Shown here: piece after piece, positions 36,621 to 45,842 of the stretch
Layout of the letters: each line of letters begins with the position of its first letter
Numbering within the stretch: the stretch's first letter is position 1
Source: a virus
Taxonomy: Duplodnaviria; Caudoviricetes
Virus record (IMG/VR): IMGVR_UViG_2534682207_000010
Location: 1-64,000 of that record
Reading direction: 5' to 3' (one strand)
Length of the DNA: 64,000 nt
The notes under the pieces: model-generated
The model's input: only the letters and a program-made list of their open reading frames with translations
What the model was told of the DNA's origin: nothing
Databases searched by the model: none
Position numbers and translations under genes: made by a program

Positions 36621-36866
36621 ATGTCTACAGTTAAGATGCCATTTTTTACAATACCGATAGTTATCAAAATTCTCCGAAATGAGCTTTTGAAACAGGGAGA
36701 TTTGTACGATGGTTTTGTGGCGAGTATTTTCAGCGTTTTAAAACCAAAGGAGCATTATATTGGAGATGGTGAATCCGAAATTCACGCTGAATATGGGGCG
36801 AAGCATTTAGCGGAAGAAATCTTGAACCAAATTATCGGAATGGAGGATGGTGATGGAAGTAATTAA
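36621..36866 (+). CDS. Hypothetical protein
   Basis: RBS aggagg. Confidence 0.65.
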   Translation: MSTVKMPFFTIPIVIKILRNELLKQGDLYDGFVASIFSVLKPKEHYIGDGESEIHAEYGAKHLAEEILNQIIGMEDGDGSN

Positions 36867-37014
36867 GTCTATTGTAACCTGTGGAGATATTATTATGGCG
36901 GCAATTACCGGATGGTTCCTTTGGAAAAATGTTCGGGATGTTGCTTCTGTGATTGGATTTTCACTGATGTTGTTTCTTTTTCTGGCAAGTGCCGGATTGA
37001 TTTTGTGGAGGTGA
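36853..37014 (+). CDS. 53-aa two-helix membrane protein
   Basis: Manual translation MEVIKSIVTCGDIIMAAITGWFLW..; RBS ggagg. Confidence 0.55.
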   Translation: MEVIKSIVTCGDIIMAAITGWFLWKNVRDVASVIGFSLMLFLFLASAGLILWR

Positions 37015-37018
37015 CATC

Positions 37019-37255
37019 ATGAAAATTCTTGTAACTTGGCTTCATAAAGATAATAGGTGCCGCAGTTGGACAAATGCTGATGTGTCTGAACATTCTGTTA
37101 TGGCTCTTGTTGCTTTTAAAGAGAGTGTTAGTAGGATTTCTAAAGAACAAAATATATCGTTTGAAGAAGCGTGGAATAAACTGTTCGATTCAATTAGAAA
37201 GGCTGATAAAAATGTATGTATGCGTAACAGAGGAACAGAAAAAAGTCATCAATGA
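37019..37255 (+). CDS. Hypothetical protein
   Basis: RBS ggaggtg. Confidence 0.55.
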   Translation: MKILVTWLHKDNRCRSWTNADVSEHSVMALVAFKESVSRISKEQNISFEEAWNKLFDSIRKADKNVCMRNRGTEKSHQ

Positions 37256-37499
37256 AACTGGGAATATGATGGTTATAGAGTTTAAGCGGATTTTAAACAA
37301 AATCAAATTAGCATTTGAAGGATTGTTGGAGACAGTGAGGAATTGTGTCGGATGTTTGGATAAATTCCAGGAGAATTTCTGGAAGCTTCAGGCGAAAGAG
37401 AAGTATACCATAGTTCATAGACTGAACAGGTGCGGATTTGATGAAAAAGAAATCAATCTGATGGTTTTCGGAGCATATCACTGTCGGAATAATTGTTGA
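37212..37499 (+). CDS. Hypothetical protein
   Basis: ORF track; start uncertain. Confidence 0.5.
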   Translation: MYVCVTEEQKKVINETGNMMVIEFKRILNKIKLAFEGLLETVRNCVGCLDKFQENFWKLQAKEKYTIVHRLNRCGFDEKEINLMVFGAYHCRNNC

Positions 37500-37526
37500 G
37501 TGTTAAAAAACGGGAGGCAAATCAAA

Positions 37527-38069
37527 ATGAAAAACTGGAAAACAGCTGCCATTGTGGCAGTGGGAATTGTTTTTATTGTGGTAGCGTGCGTATTTGGCGT
37601 ACAGGGCAGCAGAAATAAGGCAATCGGATTGGAGGAATCCATTGAAACCTCCATGTCTGACATTAAGGTGCAAGAGAAGCGTCGAATTGACTTGCTTCCG
37701 AACCTTGTAGACACGATTAAGCAGTATGACAAGCACGAGGCGGAAACACTACAGGAGATTGTGGACGGCAGAGGAAGCACCGGGGATATCGAGAATGTGA
37801 CTACTGCAATCACAGCGGTAGCAGAAGCCTATCCTGAGCTGAAAAGCAATGAGAACTACAAACAGCTCATGACAGAGCTTGCTACCACGGAAAACATGAT
37901 TGCCCAGTATCGTGAGAGCTATAACAAGCAGGTAGGTACATATAACCGGTATGTAAAAGGATTTCCGGCCAGATTGTTCTTATCATGGATGGGTTATGAA
38001 ATATTAGATTATCAGAGGTTGGATTATCAGGCCCCGGCAGATGCGCCGACAAATTTATTCGGTGAGTGA
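37527..38069 (+). CDS. lemA: LemA-family protein
   Basis: N-terminal TM helix; KRRIDLLPNLV, AEAYPELKSNENY, YN..V..FP motifs. Confidence 0.9.
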   Translation: MKNWKTAAIVAVGIVFIVVACVFGVQGSRNKAIGLEESIETSMSDIKVQEKRRIDLLPNLVDTIKQYDKHEAETLQEIVDGRGSTGDIENVTTAITAVAEAYPELKSNENYKQLMTELATTENMIAQYRESYNKQVGTYNRYVKGFPARLFLSWMGYEILDYQRLDYQAPADAPTNLFGE

Positions 38070-38818
38070 TTATGAAAAAGTCGTGGTGGATTGGAAAATA
38101 TGAAGTGACAATACGTGAGTTGCTGGCGAGCATTACCATTATTGCGGTAATGATGATTTTAGGATTCGTGTTTGCCGGGAAAATAGAAGAACACCAGATG
38201 GACAAAAATGCAGAGTATTATAAGTCGGCAAAGATAACCGAGACAGAGATGTTTCGGTATGGCATGGATACCAGCATTGGAAATGCGCTTGTGTATGGGG
38301 ATTTAGAGGCGGTTGATACCGTCACTTTCCCGGAAATCGGCGGAGAATACCTGTACGTAAAAAAGGTTGAGGAGCATTACAATATGCACACACGAACGGT
38401 TACATATACGGGCTCAAACGGTAAGACACAAACACGAACCGAGACATACTGGGAATGGGATTATGCCGGTAGCGAGGAAGTTCATAGCCATAAAATTAGA
38501 TTTTGCGGTATTGAGATGGATTATCCCAAAGTGGCTATGCCCGGAACGGATTACATAGACACGATAAATGAATCTGGATTTGTGAGATTCAAATATTATG
38601 GATGTAATCCGAAATATACTGGCACAGTCTATACTGATTTGCGAGACGGAGCCATGAAAGATGATTCACCGTTTTACGTTGGACAGGACATAGAATCAAC
38701 GGTAGAGTATTTGACTTCTGGCTTTCCGATAGTGCTGTTTTGGATAATTTGGATTATATTGACTGGTGGTGCAGTGGTTGGGTTTATCTGTCTCGACAAT
38801 AAATGGTTGGAGGATTGA
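38066..38818 (+). CDS. Membrane protein, LemA partner
   Basis: N- and C-terminal TM helices around a soluble domain. Confidence 0.7.
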   Translation: MIMKKSWWIGKYEVTIRELLASITIIAVMMILGFVFAGKIEEHQMDKNAEYYKSAKITETEMFRYGMDTSIGNALVYGDLEAVDTVTFPEIGGEYLYVKKVEEHYNMHTRTVTYTGSNGKTQTRTETYWEWDYAGSEEVHSHKIRFCGIEMDYPKVAMPGTDYIDTINESGFVRFKYYGCNPKYTGTVYTDLRDGAMKDDSPFYVGQDIESTVEYLTSGFPIVLFWIIWIILTGGAVVGFICLDNKWLED

Positions 38819-39146
38819 ATGATTTTCACTTACTTTGGGATTATCCTGTTCCTTACATGGGAGTGGGTTCAATTCATATCAAAAAGACCTGCAAAGCAGG
38901 CAATACGACCGAATCAAGCCGGTAGGCACGGGATTCCTTACCCTTGTGAGCGGTCGAGGCATCCAGAGTAGATATTGCCCATGGTGCAACTAGATAATAC
39001 GGATAATAATGTGGAATCCCAAGAAACATTATCTGGTGCATCGGGGCCAAAAGCAGTGTAGTCATGCGGTAAACTGCTGAAAAATCCGCAAAAATGCCCA
39101 AACCCAATCTAAAATACGAATCTGGTATAGTTACTGGATTCGTTAA

Positions 39147-39227
39147 GCCAAGTATCCTAACGGTGGGAAGCGGTTTTGAAAACCGTAGGCTATAAAAGGC
39201 TAAAAGGTTCGACTCCTTCACTTGGCG
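39147..39227 (+). tRNA. tRNA-Ser(UGA), atypical D/T arms
   Basis: Acceptor gccaagt/acttggc, G73, anticodon arm gcggt-TTTGAAA-accgt, long variable arm, GGTTCGACTCC. Confidence 0.7.
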
Positions 39228-39229
39228 CT

Positions 39230-40166
39230 CCGCATTATGCTGGAAGTGCGGAATCTTTGACATTTAGAATCTCCCCCTCATAGCTGTTTGCTGTTAAGGC
39301 AGAGCGAATCTGCCGTGAGGGTTTCTGCGAATAGTCCTGACGACGAAAGGCTTAACAGATAACCGGTCAATTTCTGGGTAGCTGATGGAGGCTCATCACT
39401 TCTGGTTCGATTTGGAACGTTTGAACCATGCAGCACAAATATTGGCTATTCCCTGTTTGGAGTAGTTGGTATATAGTTGGTAGATGTGTCACCTGTACGG
39501 GAGTTCCATGAATGCGCTTTTGCGCGCAGAGTAAACTGTTCAAATCCTGCATGTCCTTGCAGACATAAGATGGGCGGCAGCCGGATAAGCCATATAAACC
39601 GACCTTGGCAAGCAGGAGCTAACTGCTGCAGGAGAGGTAGACAGGCTCTCCACTGCCTATCTCCAAATGGAGAAAAGGTTCCTGGAATCGTGACAGCGGT
39701 TCTTGTAAAAACCTTGCTAAGATTTTCCCTAAAATACTTGTGGCAATTTTGTATGTGAACCGATAAGGCAAGGGGAAAAGCCTGCGGGTGAGAAGAAATT
39801 GTCCGTCCAGTTTTGCGAGGTAGCTGGACAAGAGTGGAAGAGGTCTGAAAGAGCGGAGTGGTGTTGTTACTCTGCGGAGGCAAGCGAAAGCGACAATAAG
39901 GAAGCAGACCATAAGAGGGTGAGCTGTGTGGGACTATTCCCTCTTGACACCGGGAAAGACTGGATATTCGCGAATATTTAAGTTGGCGGTGAAATGCTTG
40001 AAACCGTCCTGGCCTTGTATGCACCATGAGAAGACGCGGAGCCGCCGCATACACGCGAAAAGTTGGGAGTAAGGGCGAGATTTAATCTTTATCTGGAATC
40101 CAGAGAAAACTCCATAGTGCAAACGCATGGCACGATAAAAATGTTGCTAACGGGCGCAGGCCCGTT
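39230..40166 (+). ncRNA. Large structured ncRNA candidate (GOLLD-like)
   Basis: ~930 bp without a credible ORF, between tRNAs, many nested stems (see findings). Confidence 0.55.
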
Positions 40167-40168
40167 GA

Positions 40169-40239
40169 TGGGATTTAGCTGAGAGGTATAGCAATAGGCT
40201 GTTAACCTATGGACATCGGTTCGAATCCGATAATCCCAG
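40169..40239 (+). tRNA. tRNA-Asn(GUU)
   Basis: tgggatt/aatccca, atagg-CTGTTAA-cctat, atcgg-TTCGAAT-ccgat. Confidence 0.9.
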
Positions 40240-40243
40240 TTCA

Positions 40244-40325
40244 GGATGAGTAGCCTAGCGGCGAGGGCAGCAGACTGTAAATCTGTGACAAGGAAACATC
40301 GTTGGTTCGAGTCCAACCTCATCCA
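40244..40325 (+). tRNA. tRNA-Tyr(GUA)
   Basis: ggatgag/ctcatcc, gcaga-CTGTAAA-tctgt, long variable arm, GGTTCGAGTCC. Confidence 0.92.
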
Positions 40326-40343
40326 TTCGTATGACCGTGCTTA

Positions 40344-40417
40344 GGACGCTTAGCAAAGTGGTTAATGCATCCGGCTCATAACCGGAAGATTCCTGGGTTC
40401 GATGCCCAGAGCGACCA
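40344..40417 (+). tRNA. tRNA with CAU anticodon (Ile2-like or Met)
   Basis: tccgg-CTCATAA-ccgga; acceptor ggacgct/agcgacc with an A3.A70 mismatch. Confidence 0.8.
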
Positions 40418-40456
40418 TTGTAGTAAAAGTTAATTAATCATAAAGGTGTGTGAAAT

Positions 40457-40756
40457 ATGAGATTTATTAGAGAAACCAACCATTCTTCTGCAATTATTTG
40501 TGGAAAACTTTATAGAACAAATAATGCGGAAGTAATTGGTGAACAAAATGGTAGAAAATATTTTATGACTCTTAGAAGAAACTTCTTTTCGGCAAAATGT
40601 GGATTTGAAGATTATCAAGATGCATATGGAGATGCTCACATAATTGCAATTTACTCTGATATTAGAATGGAATCAGTAGAAAAAGCAAAAGAGATTCTTG
40701 GATTTACTGATGTTAAACGATATTGTGAAGTTTTTGGACAAGTAGAAGAAGCATAG
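40457..40756 (+). CDS. Hypothetical protein inside the tRNA cluster
   Basis: 99 aa; RBS aaggtg. Confidence 0.7.
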   Translation: MRFIRETNHSSAIICGKLYRTNNAEVIGEQNGRKYFMTLRRNFFSAKCGFEDYQDAYGDAHIIAIYSDIRMESVEKAKEILGFTDVKRYCEVFGQVEEA

Positions 40757-40761
40757 ATTTA

Positions 40762-40833
40762 TGGGCTATCGCCAAGCGGTAAGGCACAGGACTTTGACTT
40801 CTGTACTCGTTGGTTCGAATCCAACTAGCCAAA
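40762..40833 (+). tRNA. tRNA-Gln(UUG)
   Basis: TGGGCTATCGCCAAGCGGTAAGGC, cagga-CTTTGAC-ttctg, GGTTCGAATCC; G2.A71 mismatch. Confidence 0.85.
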
Positions 40834-40933
40834 CTAGGCAAGGATAGTGATTGCAACACGAAAGCGGTAAGCCTTAACCGTTTCCTTGCCTAAATCCAAA
40901 TTGGGGCAATTACTTGAAAGGTAGGTAATAAAA

Positions 40934-41851
40934 ATGACAGCAAGAAGTTTATTTATAAATAAAGATAGAATGCTCAACATTCGCCAAGAATTGGCTATGT
41001 TAGTTGGGCTTAATGAAGCCATTGTTCTCAACCAGATTGAATACTGGTTGGAGTTTAATGAGCGGAGCGGAAAGAATTTTATTGATGGAAGATACTGGAC
41101 ATTTAATACATATGAGGATTGGCAAAGAGATAATTTTCCTTTTTGGTTGATTCCAACAATTAAACGGATTTTTGCAAAATTAGAAAAGGACGGATATGTA
41201 ATTTCCGCAAATCATAATACATATTCGTTTGATAAGACAAAATGGTATTCGATAGATTATAAAAAACTTGAGGAATCTATGATGAACAATCGAACGTATC
41301 AAAATGATACGACGGACGTATCATTTTGCGACATTCGAGCAAATCAAGATGAACCAACCAATACCAGAGAGTACTATACAGAGAATACATCAAAGAGTAC
41401 ACTAAATTCTTTTTCTAAAGAAAAAGGAGGAGCGAATACTCCGACCGATAGAATCGGTGCGAAGGACGATGTGTTCCATAATGATGGAAAAGACGTAAAA
41501 GGCGAAGTGCTTACAAGAACAATCAGGTTGTGTCGAGATAAATTATTTTACGATGATGATAGTGTAGTAGAGAACATAATAAATACCATCAGTTATTATT
41601 TTGACAAATATCACGAGCATACAGGAGGATTTCACCCAAGAATGTCAGACCAAACGCTGATTAAGGTTATCGAAAAGCTTGTTGAAGGAAGTAAAGATTT
41701 CGAGGACCTAATTTCGTTTGATAATGGGTATTATTCTTTGATTGATAAGCATTTTACTGTAAACTATGGAAAAAATATAGATTGGCATTTACCACATTTT
41801 GCAACGGAGGGAATAATACAAAGGCTTGCTTACAAGTCAGATTATTATTGA
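40934..41851 (+). CDS. Second replication-initiator-like winged-helix protein
   Basis: LVGLNEAIVLNQIEYW..GRYWTFNTYEDW..TIKRIF..LEKDG..DKTKWYSIDY N-terminal domain. Confidence 0.7.
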   Translation: MTARSLFINKDRMLNIRQELAMLVGLNEAIVLNQIEYWLEFNERSGKNFIDGRYWTFNTYEDWQRDNFPFWLIPTIKRIFAKLEKDGYVISANHNTYSFDKTKWYSIDYKKLEESMMNNRTYQNDTTDVSFCDIRANQDEPTNTREYYTENTSKSTLNSFSKEKGGANTPTDRIGAKDDVFHNDGKDVKGEVLTRTIRLCRDKLFYDDDSVVENIINTISYYFDKYHEHTGGFHPRMSDQTLIKVIEKLVEGSKDFEDLISFDNGYYSLIDKHFTVNYGKNIDWHLPHFATEGIIQRLAYKSDYY

Positions 41852-41863
41852 AAATAAAGCACG

Positions 41864-42079
41864 ATGAACAGAGAGCAACAGCGCCAGAAGATTCAGAAAT
41901 TCGTTAAGTCAGCTAAAGGTAAGCGGATGTATGGGAGAATAGAAGAGCAGACTGGAAAGAAGCTGTCCAGAGTGGAGAAAGAGCTGATAGCTATTGATTG
42001 TCTGGATTGTATAGAACTGAATACTGGTAAATTGGACGAATTGAGGAAATTGGGAGAAGCATATGGAGAATCGTTGTGA
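41864..42079 (+). CDS. Hypothetical protein
   Basis: ORF track. Confidence 0.6.
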   Translation: MNREQQRQKIQKFVKSAKGKRMYGRIEEQTGKKLSRVEKELIAIDCLDCIELNTGKLDELRKLGEAYGESL

Positions 42080-42368
42080 AAAGTGTGAGTTTCTTGATAT
42101 TGATTATGAGTGGGACGATGAAGCAAATGATGAAGTCAACATATACCAGTGCCAGAAAGAAAATGAAGTAGGACTGCAAGTACACGGCATTGGCTGTCCA
42201 TATTTCAAAGAATTTATAGCACCTGAATACATAGAAAAAGATACAGAATGCGATAAATGTGATATTTTACCGATGTGTATTGCAAATGGAAATTGCGTAG
42301 AAGTTACAACGTCAATGGATTCCAGAAGTCATTACATTCTCGGATTCTGTGCAATATGTGATAAGTAA
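42063..42368 (+). CDS. Cys-rich hypothetical protein
   Basis: CEKC, CDKC..C..C, CAIC. Confidence 0.65.
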   Translation: MENRCEKCEFLDIDYEWDDEANDEVNIYQCQKENEVGLQVHGIGCPYFKEFIAPEYIEKDTECDKCDILPMCIANGNCVEVTTSMDSRSHYILGFCAICDK

Positions 42369-42386
42369 GGATTGGAGGACATTTGT

Positions 42387-42686
42387 ATGCAGGTCACAAA
42401 ACACGCCAAAGAGCGATTGAAAGAGCGTTGCGGTCTGAATGATAAATCTTCGGAGCGGATGGCAAAAATTGCATATGAGAAAGGTCTTCGTCATGGTGAT
42501 TTGACCGGCAATCTGAAAAAGTGGGTGGACAAGCAGTATTTCTATAATCGTAGAGCGAACCAGATTCGGCTTTGCGGGGATAAGGCGTACATATTCCATA
42601 ACCAGAACTTAATTACTGTGATTCAGATACCGCATAACCTTGTCAAAGAGGTTGTGCGGATTAGTAAGAAGGGGAATGAAATTTGA
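42387..42686 (+). CDS. Hypothetical protein, RelE/DUF4258-like motif pattern
   Basis: VTKHAKERLKER...LITVI. Confidence 0.55.
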   Translation: MQVTKHAKERLKERCGLNDKSSERMAKIAYEKGLRHGDLTGNLKKWVDKQYFYNRRANQIRLCGDKAYIFHNQNLITVIQIPHNLVKEVVRISKKGNEI

Positions 42687-42877
42687 TTATAGCAAGAGTG
42701 GTTGATTTTATAAAGTCATGGCTGTATTATCCTGAAATGAAACGGTATTTAAGAGAAAAATGTAATGTCTGTTATCAAAAAAGCAGAGTTAAGTACGCAT
42801 GGTGGCATTGCCATGCGGGTAAGTTGAAGAATCGGAGGTAGTTCTATGTTTGATATGAAAAAGCCAGGAGTAAGGGA

Positions 42878-43120
42878 ATGGATGAACGTACAATAAACAT
42901 TCTTCAGGACATTAACGAAAATAACCAAAAAGAGGAATCCTGCAGCCGACATGGATTTGAACGTAAGAAAATCAATGGCCTGCCGAAGTATCGTTGTAAG
43001 AACTGTGGTTGTGTGGAAGACGTTGCTTTCGTGAAAGGGTATATGAGAGGATTAGAGCATGTGAAAATCAATTATCAGAAAGAAATCTTAAATGCGACAC
43101 CAAGTCCGAGGGAGGCTTGA
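42878..43120 (+). CDS. Zn-ribbon hypothetical protein
   Basis: CSRHGF..YRCKNCG. Confidence 0.65.
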   Translation: MDERTINILQDINENNQKEESCSRHGFERKKINGLPKYRCKNCGCVEDVAFVKGYMRGLEHVKINYQKEILNATPSPREA

Positions 43121-43121
43121 A

Positions 43122-43310
43122 ATGGAAATAAAGAAAATTATAGCTGATAAGCGTCCAATGTTCTGCTGTGAGTGTCCATTAAATGTTTCGACCATTAGAA
43201 CCCTAAAGAAAGGCCAGTGTGGTAAGCAAGAAATTTTTAGAAATCACAGCGGATGGGACGTTGGGGTAAAAGTGCCGGACGAACGGTGTTTGATTGAAAT
43301 GGAGGTATAG
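43122..43310 (+). CDS. Hypothetical protein
   Basis: RBS ggagg; CCECP. Confidence 0.6.
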   Translation: MEIKKIIADKRPMFCCECPLNVSTIRTLKKGQCGKQEIFRNHSGWDVGVKVPDERCLIEMEV

Positions 43311-43311
43311 C

Positions 43312-43908
43312 ATGGCAAGAGTAATATCAAAAACAGATGATGGAAGTTTTAGTGTTGATGTTCCGATTAGACTTATTGGTTCAGAATATTACATTGAGAA
43401 ATATGCTTATGAAGAGGCAATAAATAAGGCATTGGATGAAATAGAAAAGTATAAAAAGGCTTTTGAAGATTTGAAACAGGAGAGAGTCAAGCTAATTTCT
43501 GACATGCAGGCATATATTGACTGCCTGAAAGCCGAATTAGTGGAAGTACAGTGCCACTCTGATAAATTGAAGCAGGAACTGAAAATGAAAGATGGCACAA
43601 AGATGTTTGATACTCTTATGGAAAATTCTTCTGGAGAGGCAAGGGAACTTCTTTCTCGGCATTTGTATGAAAATCTGTGCTGTGTTGAGTTGAATCGAGC
43701 AAAGGGACTGATTCTTCCGTCAGAGCCTATTGATGTAGCTTCTATGCTTATCAAGGCTACGGTAACAGTTAAAATAAATCCAATTCAAAAGGTGTTGGCT
43801 CAAAACATTCCAGATGAATATGAGACAGAGAAATATTCTAAAAGCGATTTGCGGCAGATTGCGGAGCATTTGCTGGCGTACTGCAAAAATGTAGAGAACG
43901 AGGATTGA
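43312..43908 (+). CDS. Coiled-coil hypothetical protein
   Basis: RBS ggaggt. Confidence 0.7.
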   Translation: MARVISKTDDGSFSVDVPIRLIGSEYYIEKYAYEEAINKALDEIEKYKKAFEDLKQERVKLISDMQAYIDCLKAELVEVQCHSDKLKQELKMKDGTKMFDTLMENSSGEARELLSRHLYENLCCVELNRAKGLILPSEPIDVASMLIKATVTVKINPIQKVLAQNIPDEYETEKYSKSDLRQIAEHLLAYCKNVENED

Positions 43909-43926
43909 TTGAGCGGAGGTATAGAG

Positions 43927-44124
43927 ATGATGAGCATGGAAGATATTGATTGGTTGAATCGGTGCAAGCAAGACCCTGGGAAATATCGAATTGATGTTGA
44001 CAATGACTGCATATTTGTAACGGATTTGCAAGCAGATGATTGTGTACATACATTTTCAAGCTATGGATATGAGTTCGTGCAGGAATTGTTGTGCTTTTTC
44101 GGTTATAACGCAGAGTTTGTGTAG
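43927..44124 (+). CDS. Hypothetical protein
   Basis: RBS ggaggt. Confidence 0.65.
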   Translation: MMSMEDIDWLNRCKQDPGKYRIDVDNDCIFVTDLQADDCVHTFSSYGYEFVQELLCFFGYNAEFV

Positions 44125-44231
44125 GTGGATATAATGGAAACATATCAAGCAATTTATAAGTGTCGGTTGTGCGGAGAAGAACGAACCGACTATTTTTCAC
44201 CAGAAGTTTGCCAGTTAATAAGGAGGATGGC

Positions 44232-44552
44232 GTGAAAGTAATTATATGCGGCAATGGGAAACAATTTGTTTTGCCGAAGGATATTCAGGAAGTGCAGTTT
44301 GATTCAGAATCGTTGGATGAAGAAACACAAAGGATGATTGATGATTTGCGTTCTTCGGTAGAATTGAAGGCTTCTTTTGATATGCCAGTTCCTCCAGGCG
44401 AATTATTTTTTGTTTGGAGCGGCTTATGCACATGGGAGCAACTTCAGAAAAACAACTGGCGAAAACTTCACGGTTTGATAATGAGGAGGCGAAAAGGTGT
44501 ATCCAGTAGAATTTCCAGAACAAAATGGCGTATTTGTAGCAGAGGGATGTGA
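44232..44552 (+). CDS. Hypothetical protein
   Basis: GTG start after aaggagg. Confidence 0.55.
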   Translation: MKVIICGNGKQFVLPKDIQEVQFDSESLDEETQRMIDDLRSSVELKASFDMPVPPGELFFVWSGLCTWEQLQKNNWRKLHGLIMRRRKGVSSRISRTKWRICSRGM

Positions 44553-44745
44553 GGATTTGCCCGCTTGCAATCAGTACAACGAGCAGTTCATGACAGACGA
44601 AGTTATTTCCTTGTGGCAGTTTTCTGATGATGACTTGGTGGCAATTTTGAAACAGTTGAAAGCAGGAATACGGCCAGCGATTCATTTATCTGTGATTGGC
44701 GGTCAACCTCCGGTAAGTATGTGGGTAAGGAAGAATGAAGATTGA
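44497..44745 (+). CDS. Conserved hypothetical phage protein
   Basis: MYPVEFPEQN..GCEDLPA..SLWQ..G.QPPV. Confidence 0.7.
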   Translation: MYPVEFPEQNGVFVAEGCEDLPACNQYNEQFMTDEVISLWQFSDDDLVAILKQLKAGIRPAIHLSVIGGQPPVSMWVRKNED

Positions 44746-45040
44746 TGATGGAGTGATAAAAAGGATTGAGCAGGCTTTTGGATTCCAGTTGTATGACTGG
44801 CAGAAAGATTACCTGTTGGGGAAAACAAGGTATAGAGCTGGCGGTAGATGCAACGGAAACACATTCGCATACTGTGTGAAATTGCTCTTGTCTGACGGAG
44901 AGCCAATTCAGAGACGTTATTTGTCGATATACCGTGATGAAGAGCATGGAAACGGATATCCAAGATGTTTTGCCGGATATGCGTTGGAAATCAATGATAT
45001 ACTGATGGCAGCAGGGTTTGAAACGAGGTTAGAGAAATGA
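44735..45040 (+). CDS. Hypothetical phage protein
   Basis: IEQAFGFQLYDWQKDY..GGRCNGNT. Confidence 0.7.
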   Translation: MKIDDGVIKRIEQAFGFQLYDWQKDYLLGKTRYRAGGRCNGNTFAYCVKLLLSDGEPIQRRYLSIYRDEEHGNGYPRCFAGYALEINDILMAAGFETRLEK

Positions 45041-45366
45041 AACGAAGATTTAATAAAGGGGATATTGTTCTTTGCACAAAGTTTTCTATCGAACAGAATA
45101 TGATAATTGATGAAAGCGGAATCAAAGTTGTACCATGTGTTAATGATACGTGGTTTAACAGAAAGGCTTATGTCAGTAAAGTCTATAAGGAATACATGGA
45201 GCAAACGCTTGGTGGAACATATGAGGAAAAAGACGAATATGAGATAACATTCCTTGATGATGGAAATACGTTGGCGTGGGTAAGTGGGAACGACTTAACA
45301 CTCATGATGAGAAACGATTGTGCTCATATTCTAAGTTTGCTGGGAGGATGGAATAAATGCTTTTAA
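45037..45366 (+). CDS. Hypothetical protein
   Basis: ORF track; overlapping junctions. Confidence 0.65.
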   Translation: MKRRFNKGDIVLCTKFSIEQNMIIDESGIKVVPCVNDTWFNRKAYVSKVYKEYMEQTLGGTYEEKDEYEITFLDDGNTLAWVSGNDLTLMMRNDCAHILSLLGGWNKCF

Positions 45367-45842
45367 GACCAGAAATGGAATATGATACTCCTATGAAATA
45401 CTGTACAATAAAAATTGATGAAAACTTATATCCATCTGTAATGCAGGAGCACAGGTTGATTTCAGAAGGATTCGATGTAAACATGAAAATAGTTACAAAT
45501 TGTAGAATCATTCGAAAATATGTTTTTGAGAAGCCAATTGCCGTATTCAAACCAGAACTTTTTAAAGTTGAATGTGACGATGGACATTGTAGCATATGTT
45601 ACATGGCGGATAATAGGCTATCAATAATTGAAATTGAAGGGACTGAGATGGATTTTTCAAAAGCAATGAATCCGCCAGAAGATGGATTTGACGGGCAAGC
45701 AGATATAAAAGACGGATGGATTATCTGTCCTTATTGTCAGAAAAAACAGTTTAAAGTAAATTCTGATACGCGGATAGAGAAAATGCCATATAAGTGCAAA
45801 AACAGTAGATGTCGGAAGGAGATAATTGTAAATGTGGAGTAA
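45357..45842 (+). CDS. Hypothetical protein with C-terminal Zn ribbon
   Basis: CPYCQK..CKNSRC. Confidence 0.7.
   Translation: MLLRPEMEYDTPMKYCTIKIDENLYPSVMQEHRLISEGFDVNMKIVTNCRIIRKYVFEKPIAVFKPELFKVECDDGHCSICYMADNRLSIIEIEGTEMDFSKAMNPPEDGFDGQADIKDGWIICPYCQKKQFKVNSDTRIEKMPYKCKNSRCRKEIIVNVE

Noticed and set aside
39337-39348. Hammerhead ribozyme core CTGACGA..GAAA
   Set aside because: No stem II between CTGACGA and CGAAA; no matching cleavage-site stems found
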